This document shows, piece after piece, positions 29,458 to 38,910 of a stretch of DNA of 64,000 bases. Source of the stretch: a phage; sequence record OZ346201.1, one strand, 5' to 3'. Within the stretch, counting starts at the first letter, position 1. Each line of letters begins with the position of its first letter. Both the position numbers and the translations under genes were made by a program. The notes beneath the pieces are model-generated. The model had not been told where the DNA came from. It was given only the letters and a program-made list of their open reading frames with translations, and did no database searches.

Positions 29458-30948
29458 GTGGCTAAGTATGGATTGACAGAGGCTGGTTTCGTTATACCAA
29501 CCCTAAATGACCTAATCGTTGAAACTAAGCAAAGCCTGATCCGTGCTTTTGGCGAAAACTTCAACGTACAGAGTAACTCCGTTGCAGATAAGCTGACCAC
29601 TATCTTCAACGAGCGAGAGTATCAACTTATTCTTATGGCAGCATCTGTATACGCATCACAGACGCTGTATGGGGCAGAAGGTATTTACCTGGATGAGCTT
29701 CTTGGAAGACAGGGTATTTACCGAAGAGGCCGTTCTAAATCATCAGGTACCTGCCAGTTGACAATCAACACAACTGTGCCGTACAATATGATTTATGATT
29801 CCAAAACTTATACGCTGGATAGTGGCAACTTTGTTCTTAGCAATGATGTGCAGGTGGCAGGGAATCTTATTGCCCACAGAATAAATGCTCCAGACCTAAG
29901 GATTGGTAAATACAACTTTCAAATCACCAACCAGACAGATGGAAGTATCAAAACAAAAAGTCTGGTTTTAACAGATAAGTCTCTGGACTCCTCTGATCTG
30001 CCAAGCTTTTACGGAGAGATTAAGCAGTTCATTGTCGATAATACAACCCTGTTGAACGACGATTTGATTCAGATCGATATGTTGACAGGAACGTTGTGGA
30101 TAGGGTACAATTCGAATCTTGATCAAGTTGGACTTAATAGTAGGGTAGATTTCAGAGTATCTCCGATTGTAGGGGAAAGAACTATCACCCTAGATGTTAT
30201 CGCTAACGAGGCTGGTGAGCTGTCAAGAGAGGCAGAAACCGTGACAACAATGTCACCTACTCCCAGTGGATTTATCAAGCTTACCAACAGAGAAAGATTC
30301 AATGAGGGCAGGGATGTTGAGAAAGACTCAGAGTATCGCTTAAGAGCTTCCAGCACAAAACAGTTAACATCGAAGGCTACCCGTCCTGCAATCCTTAGCG
30401 CTGTAAGCGAGGTGAAAGGTGTTGAGAAAGTGAGAGTGTTCTCCAACAACACTGATAAAACTGATGCTAAAGGTATACCTCCTTACAAGTTCCAAGTGGT
30501 TGTGTTTGGTGGTGCAACGGAGGACATTTGCCAAGCACTTTACCAAACTATAGCCTGTACGAACAGGACTTATGGTAATATTTTCTACGATGTCACTACA
30601 TCTGACGGTCAAACTGAAAGAATTTATTACTCCAAGGCAAATACCTACCGCTTAGATGTAAGAATTACCTACTCCGGTGCTGCGCTTTCCACAACCGAAA
30701 AAGATGCCATTGTAGAGGCTCTTTTGCAGGTTGTTAACGGACTGGATGTTGCAGATACGTTATACAATATCCAATTGGTCGGTGCTGCATCCGCTGCTGT
30801 GTCAATAGGCAGATTTAATAGACTGGTAATTCAAGTTAAACCAGTAGGAGCTTCTGATGAAGCTTACACTACAAACGATATTGTTGCGAACATGACCGAG
30901 GTGTTTGACCTCGACGAAAGTAATATAACTTTCCAACAAACTATTTAA
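29458..30948 (+). CDS. baseplate wedge protein (baseplate J-like, putative)
   Basis: 496 aa, GTG start after GGAGGAG; size and position upstream of an I-like gene and fibre genes. Confidence 0.45.
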   Translation: MAKYGLTEAGFVIPTLNDLIVETKQSLIRAFGENFNVQSNSVADKLTTIFNEREYQLILMAASVYASQTLYGAEGIYLDELLGRQGIYRRGRSKSSGTCQLTINTTVPYNMIYDSKTYTLDSGNFVLSNDVQVAGNLIAHRINAPDLRIGKYNFQITNQTDGSIKTKSLVLTDKSLDSSDLPSFYGEIKQFIVDNTTLLNDDLIQIDMLTGTLWIGYNSNLDQVGLNSRVDFRVSPIVGERTITLDVIANEAGELSREAETVTTMSPTPSGFIKLTNRERFNEGRDVEKDSEYRLRASSTKQLTSKATRPAILSAVSEVKGVEKVRVFSNNTDKTDAKGIPPYKFQVVVFGGATEDICQALYQTIACTNRTYGNIFYDVTTSDGQTERIYYSKANTYRLDVRITYSGAALSTTEKDAIVEALLQVVNGLDVADTLYNIQLVGAASAAVSIGRFNRLVIQVKPVGASDEAYTTNDIVANMTEVFDLDESNITFQQTI

Positions 30949-30959
30949 GGCGGCGAGAT

Positions 30960-31646
30960 ATGGCAGAGATTAAGTCGGATGTTAACCACATCCACACTCT
31001 GCCAGATTTTGTTCAGGGAGGTCTTGACTACCTACCTGGAGATTTTCTGGCTGAGAAGGTTAATTTAGTCACATTCTTAACCGTATACCTTAAAAGGTTG
31101 GAGGATGTTGATAAGATGCTGGTAGGTTTGGCTGAAGGAAGATTGCTTAACAATGCCAGCGGAAGATACCTTGACGAAGTTGGTAATCAACTTGGTATTC
31201 TTAGGAATGGACTTTCAGATGCTGATTTTCGTGCCACACTAATTATTCAGCAGGCCGCAGCATCAAGGGGCGGGACTCGCGAAGATGTCATCTCCACCTT
31301 GCGACAATTGTTCGGAAGAGACAATTTCGATACGTGGAAAGGAGACAACTTCAGGTTTGACATAAATATTAGAAAAACTTGCTTTGACATATTGCAGTCT
31401 ATCGATCAGATCTTAGATATGCTACCATTGCCTTGTCATTTGCGTCTTACAGAATCGCAAGGGCAAGCTTTTGGTTTTGAAGGGGACTCTACAGCTCTGG
31501 GCTTCGGATCAGTGTGGGAAGAAAACCAATTCGGAGTTGGTGGGCTGGCTACTTTGCTATATGTTCCTGACGTAAGACCTGATTGGGACACCACAACCAT
31601 TTATTGTGAAAGTATTACAGTAAACGCAACTAGACAGGAGGGTTAA
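30960..31646 (+). CDS. putative baseplate/tail protein (P2 gpI-like position)
   Basis: 228 aa; follows the J-like wedge gene. Confidence 0.35.
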   Translation: MAEIKSDVNHIHTLPDFVQGGLDYLPGDFLAEKVNLVTFLTVYLKRLEDVDKMLVGLAEGRLLNNASGRYLDEVGNQLGILRNGLSDADFRATLIIQQAAASRGGTREDVISTLRQLFGRDNFDTWKGDNFRFDINIRKTCFDILQSIDQILDMLPLPCHLRLTESQGQAFGFEGDSTALGFGSVWEENQFGVGGLATLLYVPDVRPDWDTTTIYCESITVNATRQEG

Positions 31647-33718
31647 TGGCAACAGCTGTTTTTAAACCTTACCGTGATTACTCTACAATGGCTGCACAGT
31701 TTCATTACCGCACAGTTCAGGATACTGCCGTTCCTGGTAGAGATTATGATCATGTTGAGGGCGATGTAACTATCCCAGTTGGGGCAACCAGTATTGAGAT
31801 CCCAGTGGAAATTGTTGACAAATTACCCAACAGGTTGCCAAGAAGCTTCTTTATGGAGTTTTCATCAAAATCTCAAGGAGTGATGATTGGAACACAAAGG
31901 GCGAAATGTACAATAGTTTCAGATGAGAATCTTGACAGGATATCTTGGGATACTGTTGAGGAGAGAATGTTTCACCCAAGATATTGGGTTACAACCACTC
32001 AGCAGACTGAAAGTACCTGTATTGTTGCAGATAACAACTGTTGTATTAACCGTTTAGTGTCAAGAACATATGGAGGTATGGCTGGGTGCATTTGGGAAAC
32101 AGTTGACAAGTATGACCATTTCGGTATTGGGTTTGATGATCACTATGAGATGAGAAACACCAAGCTTTGGTTCAGAATGTCAATAACCAACGCCAGCAAC
32201 TTCTCCACTCCTGAAAAGATGATTATGACTGTAGACCTTGTTGATGGCACAATCATCTATGTTCCTTTAGCTCAATATGCTGTCAGCATCTCAGAGGATA
32301 AAAATGTTGCAGAAATTCATATTGATTTTGAGGACTGCGTCGGGATGGACCAGAACAACAACATGATGGGTGTTGATCCTCGGCAGGTGAGAAGGATTTT
32401 AATACCACTTATGCCTAAAGACTGGGTAAGTAATAGCACAGATCCAAGAACGGAAAATGTAGAGTGTGAGTTGCGCCTAGATCTGCTTCAGCCAGACACA
32501 GGCTGGAAAATGATGCAACTTAATAATATCCAGGTGAGAGAGCACGACGTTGGGATCTGCACCGCATATGACGATATGTGGAACGTGTCCCCTTTAAGGG
32601 TGTTGAACAATATCAAGCGTCTGGGCTATACCGGAACCATAAACCATTATGTTGGTATGAGTCATTATTATGACTACACATGGTCAGGAACCCAATGGTC
32701 TATAAACAGAACAGGAGCGCTAAACGCTGCAGCTTATAAATGGCATGATGATTTTATGTACAATGCCAAACGACATAACTTCGACGTTATGCAATCTGTA
32801 AGTTTTGAGCTTTTCAGCGATGCCTGCCCGTTGGAATGGACCCAAAGAGACTGGAACGATAACTACGCTAAAACAGGGTATACACCTTGTAGCTACCTCC
32901 TGTCTCCAACCATTGAAGAGGGTATGAATTTCCTTACTGCAGTATTTAAGAATTTTGCATCAGCCGCTATGAGAAACAACCTGCCAGTGATTATGCAGGT
33001 TGGTGAACCGTGGTGGTGGTACAATACCGATACTCGTAGACCTTGTATTTATGATTACCCTACAAAACAGGCGTTTTATGATGAGACAGGCGAGTATGCA
33101 TTAGATATTGGGACTATTGACGATCCTAAAACTGGCGGTGTTTACGATAAGTATGTAGCATTTTGTCGTGGTAAGCTTGGCGCTCGTATTGCGGCTATTT
33201 CAAAGGCAATAAAGGCACACGCTGCATCAGCTCAGATGACAGCTCTGCTGTTTTTCCCAACCATTATGGAAACCGAGCTTACGCAAAAGCTTAACCTTGC
33301 TGACCAATATAAAAAGGAAGCAGGTGCTCTTGATTTCTTCTGCACCGAGTGCTACGATTGGGTGATGCAGGGAGGTATTGAAAAGGCAAAAGAGTCTGTA
33401 AACATACCTATCGTTAAGTTAGGTTGGCAACCGTCTGAAATACAATACCTTGCAGGGTTCGTTCCTAGTAAAGAGCTTGCTCCGGTATATGGTTACGACC
33501 CAACCAGGAATTACCAAGAATTTTTATGGAGATGTATTTGCGGAAACATGGCAACTATAGAGTATAGATATCCTGAGGTAAAACAGTATGTGTGGGCATA
33601 CCCGCAAGTAATGTCTGACAGCATCACTGTTACCGCTAGAGATTCTACCGTGCTTCATATGGGGCAGGTTGCTCTGAAAGGGTATGTAGAAGATGTTGTC
33701 CCGCCAGACTTCTCATAA
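31646..33718 (+). CDS. large structural protein with N-terminal Calx-beta-like segment
   Basis: 690 aa; N-terminal segment RDYDHVEGDVTIPVGATSIEIPVEIVDK resembles a Calx-beta fold motif; Trp/Tyr-rich C-terminal part. Confidence 0.4.
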   Translation: MATAVFKPYRDYSTMAAQFHYRTVQDTAVPGRDYDHVEGDVTIPVGATSIEIPVEIVDKLPNRLPRSFFMEFSSKSQGVMIGTQRAKCTIVSDENLDRISWDTVEERMFHPRYWVTTTQQTESTCIVADNNCCINRLVSRTYGGMAGCIWETVDKYDHFGIGFDDHYEMRNTKLWFRMSITNASNFSTPEKMIMTVDLVDGTIIYVPLAQYAVSISEDKNVAEIHIDFEDCVGMDQNNNMMGVDPRQVRRILIPLMPKDWVSNSTDPRTENVECELRLDLLQPDTGWKMMQLNNIQVREHDVGICTAYDDMWNVSPLRVLNNIKRLGYTGTINHYVGMSHYYDYTWSGTQWSINRTGALNAAAYKWHDDFMYNAKRHNFDVMQSVSFELFSDACPLEWTQRDWNDNYAKTGYTPCSYLLSPTIEEGMNFLTAVFKNFASAAMRNNLPVIMQVGEPWWWYNTDTRRPCIYDYPTKQAFYDETGEYALDIGTIDDPKTGGVYDKYVAFCRGKLGARIAAISKAIKAHAASAQMTALLFFPTIMETELTQKLNLADQYKKEAGALDFFCTECYDWVMQGGIEKAKESVNIPIVKLGWQPSEIQYLAGFVPSKELAPVYGYDPTRNYQEFLWRCICGNMATIEYRYPEVKQYVWAYPQVMSDSITVTARDSTVLHMGQVALKGYVEDVVPPDFS

Positions 33719-33730
33719 TCAGGAGATAAA

Positions 33731-34771
33731 ATGTCAAAACCTAGTTTTCCATTAGAGATTTGGGCAGAGGAGGATCAGGTTCTGCCTAACACCCACAGAC
33801 AGAACAGGCTACGCCCGATTGATGATTTGTGGAGAAAAGGTTGGGATCTTGGTCAAAAGCCCTCATGTGAAGAACTTAACTATATTTTCAATATGCTCGG
33901 GACTTGGGCAAAATACATCGCTGACGAGCAGATCCCCGCTCAAGAAGGCCGTTATCTGGTACGTGATAATAACTTGAGTGATCTTTTGAACATTCCTGTT
34001 GCCCGTAGAAACCTTGGGATTATTACTAAGGAAGAGGCAGACGCCAGGTATGTAAAAGTTACAGGTGATACAATGACAGGCCCATTGGGTTTGCAACGTA
34101 TCAACTTTAAAGCTGCCGAGTCAGATAAGGCTTGGATAGAGACAACTATTGGCCCAGATAAGACAACTCTCGACTTTGGGTTAAGTGATAATACCGGGTC
34201 GTTTGATGATGGTGGTACATCTACAGTGGATGCGTTCCGTTGGAGATTCCAGCCAACTCAGCCGGATATTAATCCAGAGTTCACTTTGATGTACCTTAAC
34301 GCGATCACGGCTAACCGTGCGCTGTTGAAAGTGGTAGGCAATGTTGAAGTTGTCGATAACATGAGGTGCAATAACCTTACTATCAGCAATACAGCGACAT
34401 TCACCAACTGTAATGTGGCTAGTCAGTTGACGGCTGGGTCAGTGTATGTTAATGGTGGTGCAAGTTGTGACAGTATGGTTGTAAGAAGCCAGCACTGTGT
34501 TGTCGGTAACAGAAATGTGGTTCGCTCTGTGAACGGAGTGACGGCTAACGGTAACGGTGATGTAACGATCACTATCCCGCAGACAGGTGTGCAAGACATC
34601 AGAATCGGTGCAAGACTTGTGGACGGAGTTTCTGAATCTCCAATCCGCAACGGCTACGTTGTCACAGGCTGGCATTTCGGTGACAAAAAAGAGATGCGTG
34701 GTTCAACCTACTGGGCAGGACCTTTACAAAAACTTGTAAATGGTCAATGGATCACTGTTAATTATGCATAG
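33731..34771 (+). CDS. tail fibre protein (cassette A)
   Basis: 346 aa; N- and C-termini paralogous to the 35786..36829 product (C-terminal ...QKLVNGQWIT(V/I)xYA); followed by a Tfa-like gene. Confidence 0.55.
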   Translation: MSKPSFPLEIWAEEDQVLPNTHRQNRLRPIDDLWRKGWDLGQKPSCEELNYIFNMLGTWAKYIADEQIPAQEGRYLVRDNNLSDLLNIPVARRNLGIITKEEADARYVKVTGDTMTGPLGLQRINFKAAESDKAWIETTIGPDKTTLDFGLSDNTGSFDDGGTSTVDAFRWRFQPTQPDINPEFTLMYLNAITANRALLKVVGNVEVVDNMRCNNLTISNTATFTNCNVASQLTAGSVYVNGGASCDSMVVRSQHCVVGNRNVVRSVNGVTANGNGDVTITIPQTGVQDIRIGARLVDGVSESPIRNGYVVTGWHFGDKKEMRGSTYWAGPLQKLVNGQWITVNYA

Positions 34772-34785
34772 ATCGGAGGACTAGC

Positions 34786-35370
34786 ATGAAAATACTTCAA
34801 GAGTTTAAACTTTACCAACCGGGATCTGGCGAATACCGCACCAACAAGGAAACCAAGGAGCTGACCCCTCAAGAGGTTGAGGATTACACAGCATACACTG
34901 GGTATTTTTTACGTAATGATGATGGCGATTGGTATGTGCAGTCACGAACATTACGACAAGAAAATCCGGGGTGTATCTTCCTACTTGTTGACGAGAAGGG
35001 AATTCTTAAGACATCTACAGAAGAACCTGATGCCTTATGGCCTGCTCCAGGTCTTCGTGTGGTTATCGCCAAAAAAGAAGAGGTACCAGAAAACATTATG
35101 CTTCACCACGACGCTTTGCGTTTAGTTGGTGATGAATTTGTCACAGACAATGAATTCTTTGTTCAACAGGCAGAGGGTGTCATAGAGACAGAACTTGCTT
35201 GGGCTACTGCTAGAATTGGTGCCTATCAAGACATGATTGACCTTGAATATGATCTTACTGATGACCAGAAACGTAACATCAGAGATTTGAAAATGTACAG
35301 GGTAAAACTTCTTGAAATAGATACATCTAAAGCCCCTGACATTTTCTTCCCGGAGCGACCTACCCTCTAA
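34786..35370 (+). CDS. tail fibre assembly protein (Tfa-like)
   Basis: 194 aa; C-terminus (...RNIRDLKMYRVKLLEIDTSKAPDIFFPERP) matches the conserved Tfa signature; immediately downstream of a fibre gene. Confidence 0.55.
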   Translation: MKILQEFKLYQPGSGEYRTNKETKELTPQEVEDYTAYTGYFLRNDDGDWYVQSRTLRQENPGCIFLLVDEKGILKTSTEEPDALWPAPGLRVVIAKKEEVPENIMLHHDALRLVGDEFVTDNEFFVQQAEGVIETELAWATARIGAYQDMIDLEYDLTDDQKRNIRDLKMYRVKLLEIDTSKAPDIFFPERPTL

Positions 35371-35381
35371 GAGGAGGTGTT

Positions 35382-35696
35382 GTGGAGTTGGATTTGGCGG
35401 CATTGTACGGTATCTGCATGGGTACCGTTGTCCCGATCTGTGTATGGGCTTTCAACCAGTGGCACACCAAATGGAAAGGCATTTCCAAGAGGTTGGATGA
35501 ACTGGAGAAAGACCTCATCTTAGTGAAAAACAGTATGGTTACAAAAGATAAACTTGATTCCGTTATCGAGACCCGGTTAAGTAAGCTAGAGGCCGATATT
35601 AACGACCTTAAGCAGGATGTCAGGACAGATGTCTCCGGTATCCGAGCTGATGTACAAAAGATTTTGCACATGCTCGTAGAGCATAGTAAAAGGTAA
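35382..35696 (+). CDS. membrane-anchored coiled-coil protein (possible spanin- or holin-associated)
   Basis: 104 aa, GTG start after GAGGAGG; one N-terminal hydrophobic helix (LYGICMGTVVPICVWAF) followed by a coiled-coil region. Confidence 0.35.
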   Translation: MELDLAALYGICMGTVVPICVWAFNQWHTKWKGISKRLDELEKDLILVKNSMVTKDKLDSVIETRLSKLEADINDLKQDVRTDVSGIRADVQKILHMLVEHSKR

Positions 35697-35726
35697 ACAA
35701 AGGTCAGAACGGAAAGGACTCTGTTC

Positions 35727-35755
35727 TTGCATTTTGTTCCCTAAAGTGTTAAAAT
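35727..35755 (+). promoter_or_regulatory. sigma70-like promoter TTGCAT-N17-TAAAAT
   Basis: -35 TTGCAT, 17-nt spacer, -10 TAAAAT (GTTAAAATAG). Confidence 0.4.
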
Positions 35756-35785
35756 AGTCCTAAGGAATTTTCTCAGGAGAACGTG

Positions 35786-36829
35786 ATGACTAAACCAGTT
35801 ATCCCTCTTGATATTTGGGCCAATCAGGATGTTGTGCTTGAAAATACGGGAGAGTTGAATAAGTCTCAACCAAAAAAAGAAGAGAGATTGAAAGGTTGGG
35901 ATATGACACAAAGAGTGGCATGTGAAGTTGTTAACTTTGAACTTCACATGCTTTCTGCGTGGTTGAAGCATTTAACAGAAGATGTTGTCCCAGGATGGGA
36001 TAATAGATTCTTAAGGGTCACTAATAATCTAGCAGACGTTCCAGACAAAGCTGCTGCACGTCAAGTTCTCAATGTATACTCACCTGAAGAAATGGACGAT
36101 CTATATGTTGACAAGTCTGGAGACATAATGACTCAGACTCAAACTTTAGGTCTTCAAAGAATCGAGTTTGCATCTGCGTCAACAGACAGTGCGGCAATAT
36201 ATACCACCATAACTCCAGACAAGACGACGATGGATTTCTGGATTATGGACAACATCGGTGGTGCTGACGGCACAGACCTTGATGATCCTTCTCACCAAAT
36301 AGATGGGTTCCGTTGGAGATTTCAACCTTCTGGTGGGCAGCCTGTGTTTTCAGCTATGAAGCTCAATGCTATAACTGCCAACCGTGCAAGACTGGCTATC
36401 CAAGGAAATCTTGAATGCAACGATGCAAAAAGTTCCTCTGCAAATGCCAATGCGGTCACGATACCAAGAGCCACTGTTAATGGACAACAATCCTGCGGAA
36501 GCGCTCAAATAGGTGGAAGAGTTGATTGTAACGATGAAACCGTCAGGGGCCAATATGCAACAGTTGGTGGAAGAAACGTGGTCCGCAGGGTAAATGGTAA
36601 CGGCGCAGACAGTAGTGGTAACCTTACTATTCCTATGCCTAGCAGAGGGGTTGATGATGTAAGGATAGCAAACCGTTTCAAAACCACCTACAGAGAGTCA
36701 AGAGTCTACCCTGGACATGTGATGTGCTCTGGTAACTACGCTTATAAACACCCTTATCAAGGTGATTACTGGACAGGTGCTATCCAAAAACTTGTAAATG
36801 GTCAATGGATCACTATATCTTATGCTTAA
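35786..36829 (+). CDS. tail fibre protein (cassette B, paralogue of cassette A)
   Basis: Track ORF starts at GTG 35783; ATG 35786 after AGGAGA. Shares N-terminal 65 aa and C-terminal 20 aa with cassette A, divergent centre. Confidence 0.55.
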   Translation: MTKPVIPLDIWANQDVVLENTGELNKSQPKKEERLKGWDMTQRVACEVVNFELHMLSAWLKHLTEDVVPGWDNRFLRVTNNLADVPDKAAARQVLNVYSPEEMDDLYVDKSGDIMTQTQTLGLQRIEFASASTDSAAIYTTITPDKTTMDFWIMDNIGGADGTDLDDPSHQIDGFRWRFQPSGGQPVFSAMKLNAITANRARLAIQGNLECNDAKSSSANANAVTIPRATVNGQQSCGSAQIGGRVDCNDETVRGQYATVGGRNVVRRVNGNGADSSGNLTIPMPSRGVDDVRIANRFKTTYRESRVYPGHVMCSGNYAYKHPYQGDYWTGAIQKLVNGQWITISYA

Positions 36830-36840
36830 AAAGAGGGTAA

Positions 36841-37107
36841 ATGAAACTAACTCAGTTTTTATGGGGACTGGTTGCGGCATCTGATGACCCTACGAAAGTA
36901 TCCCAAACTAAGCTATGGTCGAACATAGGCATGGCGGTGATGACTGGGGTGTTTATTCATATGGGGTATAATGATACGCTTCCTGAATGGTATGCGTGGA
37001 TATACGCGCCTTCAGTAGCTTGCCCCCAGCTTATTAGCAAATTCATCTCGCTCCGGTGGGGTTGCCAGCACCCTGACCACGTTAAAAACGAAGAGCAAAA
37101 AGCTTAA
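36841..37107 (+). CDS. small hydrophobic protein (holin-like candidate)
   Basis: 88 aa with two hydrophobic stretches and a charged C-terminus (HVKNEEQKA); RBS AGAGGG. Confidence 0.3.
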   Translation: MKLTQFLWGLVAASDDPTKVSQTKLWSNIGMAVMTGVFIHMGYNDTLPEWYAWIYAPSVACPQLISKFISLRWGCQHPDHVKNEEQKA

Positions 37108-37116
37108 GGAGAAATC

Positions 37117-38862
37117 ATGGCGCAAGACATGACAAGCTTTGAGCAGGCGGTAGATCAAGTAATTGTTGATTCTGAACGTTTGCACCTGATTGTCAACGGT
37201 AACGCTGTGGATGAAGTTGTCGTAGAGGATGGGACCACCATCCCTACGGTACGAAAAGCCATGCTTGACACCCTTTATTTTAAAACGCCACCGATCCCTT
37301 GGGCGTATGGTGCATCCACAACAGTTTTTAACCAGCTGTACGAGTTTAAAGGGGACACAGGCCCTCAGTGGTGGTACGCTCCCGCAGCATCAAAATCTAA
37401 CCCGGTTAGAATGCCAGCAGATCCTTCACAATCTCCAAACTGGAGATTATATACCGATTCTGCAGTAATGGCAAAATACTACGCAAAACTTAACAGTCCG
37501 AGGTTCGAAGGTGACCCGCGAGTACCTACGCCTCCAATGGACGACAAATCCGAGTCTATAGCAAACACAGAGTTTGTTGTTGACTATGTGGATAGCATAT
37601 TTGAAGCCATGGAGGGAATGAAAGTTACTGTAGGGTCTTTGGTGGTAAAAGGTCTTACAGAACTTGCTAACACTATAGTTGGTGGCACACTCACCTTACA
37701 TGGGCCTGTTAATGGAGCAGATTCTACTGCACGCTTCAGGAACCTAATCCTCACGGCAAATACTTCTACACTTACTTTTGCGTGGAGTGATCCTAAGCAT
37801 GCAGACTGGAGAAGCACAGAGCTGCAACCTCATGAAGTGTCCACCCACAGGGTTATAGCTGACACTATAACTTCTGGGAAACCAGTGGCTAATAATAACG
37901 ATGTGCATTTTGATGGTCTAGGTAATAACTTTTTTGACTACGTGTACATTCGTGGTAATGCCATGAAGGCAGCAACCGAACCGACATTGCAGGTAGATGG
38001 AACCACCAGGGTTAAGAACCTTGAGGTGACAGGCACTGTTACAGGGATAACATACTCTGTCGATGGCACCATGATCTACCCTAGCTATATTGAAAGCACG
38101 GGTGATGCATTGATAAATGGCGATTTGGAGGTTGGCGGGTCTGTAGTTATTCGAGGTACAGCCTCTATCCAAAATATAGCTCTGAATACTCTAAGAGTCA
38201 ATGAGCGTGCAACTTTTGAAGGAGAAGGGCTTACAGCCAATAAAGGTACAATTACCGAGCTGACCACCACCACTTTAACTGCAACAACTGCAAACTCTGA
38301 AAACTGCAACATTACCAGAAACTTGCAGGTAAATGGAGATGTTAGTTTAAACGCCGCAGGGACTGGCACCACCTACCTTCACAATCTTGAAATATCCGGC
38401 ACAGTGACCGGATGGCTGCCAGACTTCTCTAATGTCAACTTTGTCTGTAATGGCATTAACTCCAGTGGTAAGATAACCACCTCTCAAGAAATTGAGGCTG
38501 GTAAAACCATCACTGCCCCTACTTTCCACGCAGGAAAGGTAGATTTTGACTTAGAGGAGGTTGACGCGTCCAGTGGGACATGGACACCTAACGGGCAGGC
38601 CAGTATGTATGTTGTCCACGCTAAAGGGGATTTTACAATAGGTCAGTGGCCTGGGACATCAGCGGAAGATAAACCTTATCCATTCACTGCAGTTATCTAT
38701 GTCATTCAGGATGCTGTAGGTCACAACGTGACTTTGCACGATAAGTATGCTATCCTGTCGGCAACACCTGTTATTAACAACAGGGCTAACAGTGTTACCT
38801 TGCTGCAATTAACGTATTGTGGTGTTGGTGATATTGTAGACGTAGTAATTGCACAACGTTAA
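37117..38862 (+). CDS. tail fibre protein
   Basis: 581 aa, RBS AAGGAGA; Thr/Gly/Asn-rich beta-type repeats (LEVTGTVTGITYSVDGT..., TITELTTTTLTATTANSENCNIT...). Confidence 0.5.
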   Translation: MAQDMTSFEQAVDQVIVDSERLHLIVNGNAVDEVVVEDGTTIPTVRKAMLDTLYFKTPPIPWAYGASTTVFNQLYEFKGDTGPQWWYAPAASKSNPVRMPADPSQSPNWRLYTDSAVMAKYYAKLNSPRFEGDPRVPTPPMDDKSESIANTEFVVDYVDSIFEAMEGMKVTVGSLVVKGLTELANTIVGGTLTLHGPVNGADSTARFRNLILTANTSTLTFAWSDPKHADWRSTELQPHEVSTHRVIADTITSGKPVANNNDVHFDGLGNNFFDYVYIRGNAMKAATEPTLQVDGTTRVKNLEVTGTVTGITYSVDGTMIYPSYIESTGDALINGDLEVGGSVVIRGTASIQNIALNTLRVNERATFEGEGLTANKGTITELTTTTLTATTANSENCNITRNLQVNGDVSLNAAGTGTTYLHNLEISGTVTGWLPDFSNVNFVCNGINSSGKITTSQEIEAGKTITAPTFHAGKVDFDLEEVDASSGTWTPNGQASMYVVHAKGDFTIGQWPGTSAEDKPYPFTAVIYVIQDAVGHNVTLHDKYAILSATPVINNRANSVTLLQLTYCGVGDIVDVVIAQR

Positions 38863-38869
38863 TATATCT

Positions 38870-38898
38870 AACCGCTCCTGACGGGGCGGTTTTCTTAT
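38870..38898 (+). terminator. intrinsic terminator
   Basis: AACCGCTCC-TGAC-GGGGCGGTT followed by TTTCTTAT. Confidence 0.5.
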
Positions 38899-38910
38899 CT
38901 GGAGAACACA

